DNA of 62,723 nt from Psammoneis japonica (lineage: Eukaryota). The stretch is from the NCBI GenBank assembly GCA_008632985.1, contig QPGO01000188.1:62001-124723 (forward strand). Direction: 5' to 3'. Position 1 is the first letter of the stretch. Each line of letters opens with the position of its first letter. Shown one piece after another: positions 50,927 through 60,460 of the stretch. The notes beneath the pieces were generated by a model, which saw nothing but the letters and a program-made list of their open reading frames with translations, was not told where the DNA came from and ran no database searches. The position numbers were made by a program, and so were the translations under genes.

Positions 50927-53498
50927 CATGGTTCTCACTCGTCAGCAACAAACCGATGGTTTCGAGCACGTTGTTGGAACCGTGCTTGCCCAAGGTGCTG
51001 GGAGCCCTCTTCGTTTGGCTTTGACCCAAGACGGCACGGACTCGCATCAGGAACTGTTCACATTCATGCCGTCCCAAATCGACTCGCTTGAGTGCGACAA
51101 CGGCACCAATGTGATCCCTTTGCCCCGCGGTTATAAGAACATGCCAGCAGCTCTAATTAGTCTGTACATTGTCAAAGCACACGAAGGTCTCGACGTTGCC
51201 AATGACTCCTTGTTGTTCACGCATGACGAGTTCCTTGCCTGCCGCCTCAGCCCCGACTGCATGTCTTCTGTGTCCGCAGGCAGCTCACCCCTCACACCTC
51301 CGCATGTCACCAACCCGACCAAGGCACGCGACCCGGTGCGAGACTTCAAGCGAGGCATCAAGCGTGACCCCACCGCTTTCACGGCTCTCAAATCCGACAA
51401 GCAGTGGCACACTTGGCACACCTCACTTGTGGCACAAGCCCGTGCCCAAGACGTCGAGTGCATTCTAGACTCGTCGTACAAACTGACCAGCCCTGAAGAC
51501 AAACTGCTCTTTGCTGAACAGCAAAAGCACATGTTCACCGTCTTCGAACGCATCCTTCTCACCGACAAGGGCAAGGCTCTCATTCGCGAAAATGTGGGGT
51601 CTTCTGATGCCCAGACCGTCTGCTGTGCCTTGTCTGAGCATGCGCTCGCCTCCACCCGCGCATCTGTCAAGTCCTCCACCTTGCTCACGCACCTTGCCAC
51701 CGCACGTCTTGGTGATGGTGCTTGGAAAGGTCCGACCCACAGGTTCATCCTTCATTGGCAAGATCAGTTGCGCAAGTGCAAGGCACTCATCCCGGCCAGT
51801 GACCACTTCTCTGAAGGACAGAAGCGCGTCATGCTCGAGAATGCCGTGCACCCTGTCGAGGAACTCCGTGCTGTCAAGAGCCAAGCTGATCAGCATCGTA
51901 CGCAGAGTGGCAAGAGCCTCACATGCGATCAATGCTGTGGCTTGCTCCTCTCCGCGGCGGCTCAATGCGACAGTGCGTTTCAACCCAAGACGACACCTCG
52001 AGCTCCCCGACGTGCCACACACGCACACAACGTCTGCTCCGAGGAACCGTCCGACGATGTGTTCTACGACATTGACAGCGACATTGACGTCCTTCAGGCC
52101 AATGCTGCCTGCACCCGTGGTCCCAGCCTCACTGGTGACCAATGGAAACGTCTCCCTCCCGACCACCAACGGATTTGGGATTTGTTGCCCCATTCCTCCA
52201 AGGCGATCATCCTCGAGCATTCTCGTCCACCTCCCCGCAACCCGCGAGCCAGCAACTGCCATGAGTCCATTACGGCCAACCTTCACGACCAACGCCTTGG
52301 GAGTGACGGTGATGTCAACTTGTCCAACACGACTCCTGCTGACTCTGGTGACTCCGCTCCAAATGTGGGTGCCACTTCGGATGATCCCATCCTGGCACAC
52401 CTCACCAAGCGCAAGCCCCTGCCACCCGGTGATCTGCAACGTCTGTTGTCTCCCAACCAAGCCCCAAATGCTGGTCGATCGGGGCCATCCACCGCTCCCT
52501 CTACCCCGCCAGCTCCTGCCGATGACACAGAACTTAACGGCCGCACTTGCCGCCGCGTTGACAACCACAATGTCATTTGCTCTGCCTCTGCTCATCGCTC
52601 CACACGCACTGGTGCTCCAGTCGATCGTGGGGCCAACGGTGGCATTGCTGGTGATGACGTTCGCGTCATTGCACGCACCTCTCGCCAAGTCGACGTTCAG
52701 GGCATTGACGACCATCAATTGGTGGACATCCCCATTGTCACCGCTGGTGCCGTCATTGAGACCCAGTGTGGTCCCGTCATCGCCATCCTCCATCAGTGTG
52801 CATGCACGGGCAAGGGCAAGACCATTCATTCCTGCGGCCAGCTCGAATGGCACAAACAGGATGTCAACGATCGCTCTGTCAAGGTGCCCAACGGCCTGCA
52901 ACGCATTGCCACTCCTGATGGCCATGTCACCCCCATTGACATCAAGGGCGGCCTGCCTTGTGTTGCCATGCAACCTCACACTGACACCGTTCATGCCGAC
53001 ACCCCGGCCGTCGACTCTGGTTGCACCAGCGCCCAACTGTTTGTTGGCACCGAGTCCACCGTCACTGACGTCTGCGGCACCAAGACGGACAAAGAGTTTG
53101 TCAACACACTCGAGGATCAGATCCATGAGCGTGGTGCCCCATCCAAACTCATTGGCAACCGTGCTCAAGTTGAGATCAGCAACAAGGTGCTTGGGATTCT
53201 ACGAGCCCTCTTCATCTCCAGCTGGCAAAGTGAGCCTCACCAGCAACACCAAAACTTTGCTGAGCGTCGATGCCAGACCGTGAAGTGCATGGCAAACACT
53301 GTCATGGATCGTTTCGGTTCGCCTGCCCACACATGGCTGCTGGTGCTCATGTGCGTGTGCTTCATGCTCAACCACACAGCGTCCCCACGTCTCCACTGGC
53401 GCACGCCCCTTGAGACTCTCACTGGCTCCACCCCGGACATCAGCCCATTGCTTCGCTTTCACTGGTGGGAACCCGTGTGCTTCCACCTTGATGACTAA
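50927..53498 (+). pseudogene. Copia gag-protease-integrase (5' part of the polyprotein), with internal deletion
   Basis: DFKRGIKRD gag motif; protease VDRGANGG; integrase core TDTV(H)ADTPA...SEPHQQHQNFAERR; Tyr->Cys/His substitutions. Confidence 0.9.
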
Positions 53499-56073
53499 TT
53501 GGCCGTCCGAATCCCGTGAGTTGCGTGGACGCTTTGTTGGCATTGCTGAGCACGTCGGCCACCAGATGACCTTCAAGATTCTCTCTGACGAGACTCAGAA
53601 GATCCTCTGCCGGTCCAACGTACGATCCGCCACCACCGATCCTGCCGTTCGAAACCTGCGTCTTGATCCTCCTGATGGGGAGCCACCTGAACCCATCATC
53701 AAATCTCGCCATGACGACAACCCCGTCAATTCTCCTGATGGGGAGATCAGGACACCCAAGATGCCAGTTTTTGATCCGCAAGACATCATCGGATGCACCT
53801 TCCTCATGCAGCCACAAGAGGACGGACAACGCCACAGAGCTCGCATCGTCAGAGCCGTCGAAGACCACGAATGGAAAGTGAACGGCAACCCCGAGCTCAC
53901 CAAGTTCGTCTGCTCTGTCAACAACGACGAATGCGAGGAAGTCCTTGCCTGCAACGACATCATGAATCACATTGAGCAAGAAGACGAAGACACTGCTGTT
54001 TGGAAATTTCGACGCATCGTGTCACATGAAGGGCCTCTGAAGCCTCATGACCCAACCTGGAAAGGCTCAAGCTACAACATTGTGCTTGAATGGGAAAGTG
54101 GGGAGATCACGTCCGAGCCTCTCGCCATCATCACCAAGGACGACCCCGTCACCTGTGCCATCTATGCACGAGAGAATGGACTTCTCGACACTGATGGCTG
54201 GAAGCGGTTCCGCACCATCGCGAGGCGCCAGAAGAAGCTGTTTCGCATGGCCAACCAAGCCAAGCTTCGCTCCTTCCGCACTGCACCTCGCTGCAAGTGC
54301 GGATGCGAAGTTCCCCAGAACTGCAAACACGCCATGTCACTGGACGAACGCAATGGCAACCGCAAATGGGGAGACGCAACTAATCTCGAGATGGACCAAC
54401 TCGGGGAATACGAAGTCTTCCATGACTGCGGGCCATTTGAGTCTTCCACTCCTCCTGCGGGACACAAGAAGATCCGAGTGCACCTGGTGTGCAATGTGAA
54501 ACATGACTGTTGCCACAAGGCACGACTCACAGCCGATGGGCACCTCACGGACGTGCCCATCGACAGTGTCTGCTCCGGAGCAGTCTCCCTCCATGGCCTT
54601 CGGCTGATGATTTTCCTGGCCGAACTCAACGAGTTGGAGACATGGGCCACTGACATTGGCAATGCCCACCTTGAAGCCACCACCAAGGAGAAGCTCTACA
54701 TTGTGGCCGGACCCGAATTTGGCAAACTCGAAGGACACATCCTTGTCATCCACAAGGCCCTGCATGGACTGCGCAGCTCCGGTCTCCACTGGCATGAGCG
54801 CTTCGCCGACTGCCTGCGAGCTGAAGGCTTCTTCCCCTGCCGCGCCGAACCCAACATTTGGATGTGCAGGAACGGCGACCACTGTGAACACATTGCCGTT
54901 TGTGTGGATGACCTCGCCATTGCCATGAAGGACCCTCAATCTTTCATCGATGCTCTCACGGAAAAGCACAAGTTCAAGCTCAAGGGTGCGGGACCCATTG
55001 AGTTCCATCTGGGTTGCGACTTTTCCCAAGATCCCGACGGCACCTTGTGCCTGTCTCCGCGCAAGTGCATCGAGCGCATGGTCGACAGCTGCACCCGACT
55101 GTTTGGGGAGAAACCTGCCACCAATGCCCTGTCACCTCTGGAGAAGGGTGACCACCCCGAACTGGACACTTCCGAACTGCTGGAGCCCGATGGCATTCAC
55201 AAGTTCCAGTCTCTTGTTGGTTCACTCCAATGGGCAGTGTCCCTTGGTCGAATTGACATTGCCACGGCCATCATGTCACTCTCTAGCTTCCGAGCTGCGC
55301 CCCGTCAAGGCCACTTGGATCGTGCCAAACGCGTCTGTGGGTGCCTCTCCAAGATGCGACACGGCGCTCTCCGCGTTCGCACGGAAGAGCCCGACTGTTC
55401 GGATCTCCCTGCTCCGGCCTGTGAATGGATGCATTCCGTGTATGGCGAAGCAGAAGAGATGATCCCAAAGGATGCTCCACCGCCCCTTGGCAAGTTCGTC
55501 ACTGCCACCCACTGCGTCGATGCAAACTTGTGCCATTGCATGCTCACCGGACGCTCTGTCATGGGAATGCTCCACTTCCTCAACAAATTCCTGGCTGATT
55601 GGTTCTCCAAGAAGCAAGCCACCGTGGAGACTGCGACCTGCGGGTCTGAATTTGTTGCCGCAAGGACTTGTGTCGAGCAGATCATCGACCTGCGCATCAC
55701 CCTGCGCTGCCTTGGCATCCCGATCCGCAATGTCAGTTGCATGTTCGGTGACAACAAGTCAGTTGTAGACAGTGCCACCATCCCGCACTCCAAGTTGCAC
55801 AAGCGACACACCGCACTGTCGTTCCACCGTGTGCATGAGGCAATTGCCTCTGGTCACCTTGAGCTCCATTTCATCGAAGGCTCCCGCAACCCTGCTGACA
55901 TTCTCAGCAAGCATTGGGGTTGCTCCCAAATCTGGGACCTTCTCCGCCCCCTCATGTTCTGGAACTTCATTCCATCCGAAGTCGAATCTGTTTCTGTGGC
56001 TCCTCAAGCAAACTGGGGAGTGACAGGATTTGAGCAGGATTTGGGTGCGCGCGAAATGTCGTGCACTGTTTAG
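53490..56073 (+). pseudogene. Copia reverse transcriptase-RNase H (3' part of the polyprotein), reading through into the 3' LTR
   Basis: HKARL, DIGNA(H)L, KAL(H)GLRSSG, AV(C)VDDL, (C)VDANL, TAT(C)GSEF, FGDNKS, NPADILSK. Confidence 0.92.
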
Positions 56074-56296
56074 TTTGCCGCGCACAGTTTTGTGTGCTTC
56101 AGTTCCGCGCATTCGCGCGCAATGCAGTTTGCTTTCGAGCCACAAGGCTCACAAGAATGACAACAGCAGCCCGATTGTGCCGACTTGCACGTCTTTCGGC
56201 TCCTGTGATGGTCTCTGAGCAGAGACTCATCTGCTGTTTAGACAGCAGTGAGGAGTTGTTGTTTGAATTCTTGCCATTTGCCTTCAACTTCTGTCA
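56021..56296 (+). repeat. 3' LTR
   Basis: Matches the 5' LTR; preceded by a purine tract. Confidence 0.97.
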
Positions 56297-56839
56297 CTGA
56301 CAACTGCTGCACATGGGCCAGTTGTGAGAGCGTGTCGAAACAGCTGGCTTGTGCTTTGCAGCTTTGGGTTTTTTGTGCTGCTTTTTTGCTGCTTGTTTTG
56401 CATTTTTTAAATTGAGTTTGATTTTGACTTTCTTCTGCTGCACCTGTGTGGCCAAGTTGCCGCTGCCTGTCGACTCAGCATTTTTCTTGTTTTTCATGCT
56501 TCCAAGTTGCACGCCGCTCTTGTCTGTGCTGTGTTTTTGGCACTCCAGCTGCGCACACTTTCCACACACACACCACAACAGTGCACCCTCTCCTCCAACA
56601 CAGAAAATCAAGAGTGCATTGTTGTGACATGCATGTCTTCTGTGTGTTTTGGCTCCAATCGACAAACAACCGCTGCGGCGTTCTTGACCGGATTTGCTCA
56701 CCCCTTTGCCCGATGAAGCTGACCTGGATCTCTCATGTTCAACAACAATGACATCACAATTGCAGTGGTGTGGAATGACTTGCCTGTGGCTTCAACATGG
56801 AGTTGTTCAAGTTGAGGCCAAAAAGCTTGGTTGTGTGTC

Positions 56840-57920
56840 TTGCACTTGTCTTGCACACAAATCTCTCAAACACCTCACACATGTTCTGCGTTGTGGTTTC
56901 ATGCACAGAGATCTTGCAAGCACCTCACATTGTCTCATGTGCACAGCTCCTGCACACCTCACATGCACCTCTTTCACATGCCTTGCAAAAACACCTCATG
57001 CTGCTCTCCTTGCGCACAGGTGGCAAACACCACCTTGCACACATCTTGCACACACAGCACGCGCACATCTTTGCACAGAGTTCTTGCACAGCGCAGCTCC
57101 TGTGCACACCTTGTGCACATCTTGCACACATCTTGCAAACACCTTGCAAACACCTTGCACACAACTCACACATCTTGCACAAATCTCAAAACCACCTCAC
57201 ACACATCTTGCGCACATTTCAAACATTTTGCACACATGTCACACACATCATGTGCACAGATCTCTCAAATGTCTTGCACACAGCTTGGCACAAATCCTGC
57301 AAACACCTTGCACACATCTTGCAAACACACCTCACACACAATTTCCAAACACCTTGCAAACACATCACACACACACACACACACACACAAACACGCATTT
57401 GCACAGCTGTCAAGTGTTTTGCACACATGATGAACACAGCACATCTGTGCACAGATCTTGCAAGCACCTTGCCACAACTTCTGCAAACCTGGCACACATC
57501 TTGCACACATTTCATGCTCATCTTGCACAACCATCCCACAACCAGCAGCACCTTGCAAATGTCTTGCAAACACCTCACACACAATTTGTGCACACCTCCC
57601 ATGCACCTCTTGAACATTTTGCAAACACCTTGTGCACACTTTGCACACATCTCACAAACAGCACCTCACACTCAAATCCAAACATCTTGCACACATTTCA
57701 CACATGTTGTGCACACACCTGACACGCATCTTCTTGCAAACACCTCACATGCACTTTGCGGGCATTTGCAAAAACCTCTCACACATCACACAGCCATCTT
57801 GCACACTTTTCAAACATTGTGTGCATGCTGATCATGCACACCTCTGCACAGATCTTGCAAACACCTTGCGCATGTCTTGTGCACAACTCCTGCACACCTT
57901 GCAAATGTTGCACACATTTT
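56840..57920. repeat. Degenerate low-complexity satellite (CACATCTTGCA / AACACCTTGCA / CACACA units)
   Basis: Dozens of ~11-12-bp units; no TA. Confidence 0.9.
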
Positions 57921-58929
57921 GCTCCCACCTCGCATGTGCCACATGCCTTGCGGCTTGTCCCAGACTTGGGCGGCACACATGTGCCCCTTTTTGCACAACA
58001 GAATGTGTTCAGTGCACTGTTCAACATCAACTGCATTCAACTGCAATGACTGCACTGGCGGCTTTTGAGCAAAACAAACAAATGAAGTCCAAGCCAACTG
58101 GCGGGCTTTTTCATCTTGTTGAAAATTGAATGAGGACATTGCAAGGACACCAGCATTTCATGCAGTCTGTGTCATGAGCAACAACAGTGAAAATGCATGC
58201 CCAGTCTGTTGGCGACAGCAACTGAACCTCATTTTGCTCACATTTTGCCTTCAAGAACTGTTTCTTTTCCATTGCCATGTGTGTCTCCTCCACAGCATCA
58301 ACTGGCACAAGTGCACCAGTTTTGTGTGCCAACAGATCAGCGAAACAGGGTCCAAAGTTGGTGCCATTGTGTGGGCCAAGCCTTGCTTCTTCTCATGTCT
58401 GCCAAAACTTGTCAACCAACAAATGTTTTGTTCAATCTGTTGAGATTGTTTTCACTGGCATGTGTTGACAAAAGAGCATTTGTGTCATTGCAAAGACTTC
58501 ATTTGCATGCAAGAATGTCAATTTGTGTCTTTCTCAACACATGAATGTGACCACAAATTGCTCGTTGGAAAACCAAGCTCTCATCTTGTGGTGCCATTTG
58601 GCCATCAATGACTGAGTCTAGCATCCTCATTTTGGATGCATGTGGGTGCACACACAAGAGCTTTCTGAACATGCCCACAGCAACACATTTGAAAATTGCC
58701 ATGTTTCAACTGTTGAAAATTGCACCGCAAATTTGGGCCAAGTGTTTTCATGCAAAAGGGGTCATTTTGTGTGTGTGAGCACACCCAAGTCTGGAGCAAG
58801 TCTTGCACAAACATCCCACACACACCTTGCAAACACCTCACACACATTTTTGCACATCTCACAAACAGCACCTTGTGCACATGTTGACCACATTTCTGGA
58901 ATCCTGTGCCCCGCAGTGTTTTGCTTTTT

Positions 58930-59330
58930 GCATCTTGCAGCCAGTTGTTGGGCGAATCCTGCAAACTGCAGCTGTTGCATCTGACAGCTTTTGGGCAAAT
59001 CCTGCACCCCACAGCATTCTGCACCTTGCAGTTTTTGGGCAAATCCTGCAATCCACAGCTTTGCACACCGCACAGAGTTTTTGAGCAAATCCTGTGTGGC
59101 TTTTTGCACATCACAGTCATTGGGCAACTCCTGCAAACCTCAGCTTTTTGCACCTTGCACACCCTGCAACATCTTGCACCTTGCTGTTTTTGGGCAAGTC
59201 CTGCACCCCACAGCTTTTTGAACTGTGCAGCTTTTGGGCAAATCCGCACCCCAAAGCTTTTTGCACCTTGCAGTTTTTGGGCAAATCCTGTGCCCCACAG
59301 CTTTGCACCCCCCCCCCCCCCCTTGCTTTC
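58930..59330. repeat. Degenerate tandem repeat (TTTTGGGCAAATCCTGCACCCCACAGC...TGCACCTTGCAG)
   Basis: About 7 visible copies. Confidence 0.85.
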
Positions 59331-59399
59331 AAAGCACTCAACATGCAAACAACACCATTGAATCCAATGCCCCCAAATTGTCTCTCGCATGCATCTTCT

Positions 59400-60460
59400 A
59401 AAAACAACACACACACGCCTTGCAAACACCTCACAAACATTTTGTGCACACGTCAATGACAGCACCTGCACGTGCATTGCTCACATGTCTTGCACTTTTT
59501 TCAAAAATGATTTGCACACACACATCTTGCAAAAAACACCTTGCATGCACACCACACACACATGTTGCACATGTGTCATGCGCGTGTTGCAAACATCTCA
59601 CGAACACACAGATCTTGCAAGCTGTTTGCACGTGCGTCTCTTGCGCATGGCTCCTGCGCACCTTGCACACATTTTCCACACACATCATGCACTCATGCAC
59701 AAACATCCCACACACACCTTGCAAACACACCACACACTCTTCACAAACAGCATCTCACACACGTGTCACTCACATCTCCTTCGCACCTTTCAAACATTTT
59801 GTGCACATTGTCTTGCACACATCTTGCAAACATTTTGCACACATTTCACACACTTGTTGTGCGCGCATGTGCACATCTTGCAAACACCTCTCACACACCT
59901 CACACACAATTTGCAAACACCTTGCAAACATTGCAAAAACTGCACCTTGCAAACTTCTTGCCCACAAACATCCTGCACACTTTTCAAACATTTTGTGCAC
60001 ATCTCACAAACACCTCACAAATTGTTTCACACACATCTCACACAAATCATCTTGCAAACACCTTGCACATGTCTTGCACACCACATCTGGTGCACATCTT
60101 GCAAACACCTCACACACATTTTGTGAACATCTTGCCAACTCTCACGCACCTTTCGAACATTTTGCACACATGTTGCAGACACCTCACACATGTCTTGCGC
60201 ACAGCTCCCACACATGTTGTGCACATCTTGCACATGTTTTGCACACATCTGGCACACATCTTGCAAAAAACCTCACACGCATCTCGCTCTCAACTTTCAA
60301 ATGCCTCTGACATGTGTCTCTCTTGTGCAGCTCCTGCAAACCATGTGCACATCCTTGCACACATCTTGTGCACATCTCACACACATCTTGCACACATTTT
60401 GCAATCACCTTTCCCTGCACACCTTGTGCGCATCTTGCAAACACCTTGCACACTTCTTGT
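59400..60460. repeat. Second block of the CACATCTTGCA/AACACCTTGCA satellite
   Basis: Same units as 56840-57920. Confidence 0.9.

Larger units (their letters stand above)
49714..56296 (+). mobile_element. Ty1/copia LTR retrotransposon (CoDi-like), 6583 bp with both LTRs, hypermutated and non-functional
   Basis: Two 276-bp direct LTRs bounded by TGACAG...CTGTCA; PPT-like AAACTGGGGAG before the 3' LTR; gag-PR-IN-RT-RH order; near-matching 5-bp TSD CCAAC/CTGAC. Confidence 0.97.

Noticed and set aside
51465..53283. 567-aa antisense and 590-aa alternate-frame ORFs in the copia element
   Set aside because: These are shadow ORFs produced by high GC plus loss of TAA/TAG, with no recognisable motifs.
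50927..56073. Alternative genetic code or RNA editing as the explanation for Tyr->Cys/His
   Set aside because: Neighbouring genes use TAY for conserved Tyr, and the same changes affect non-coding DNA and both strands.
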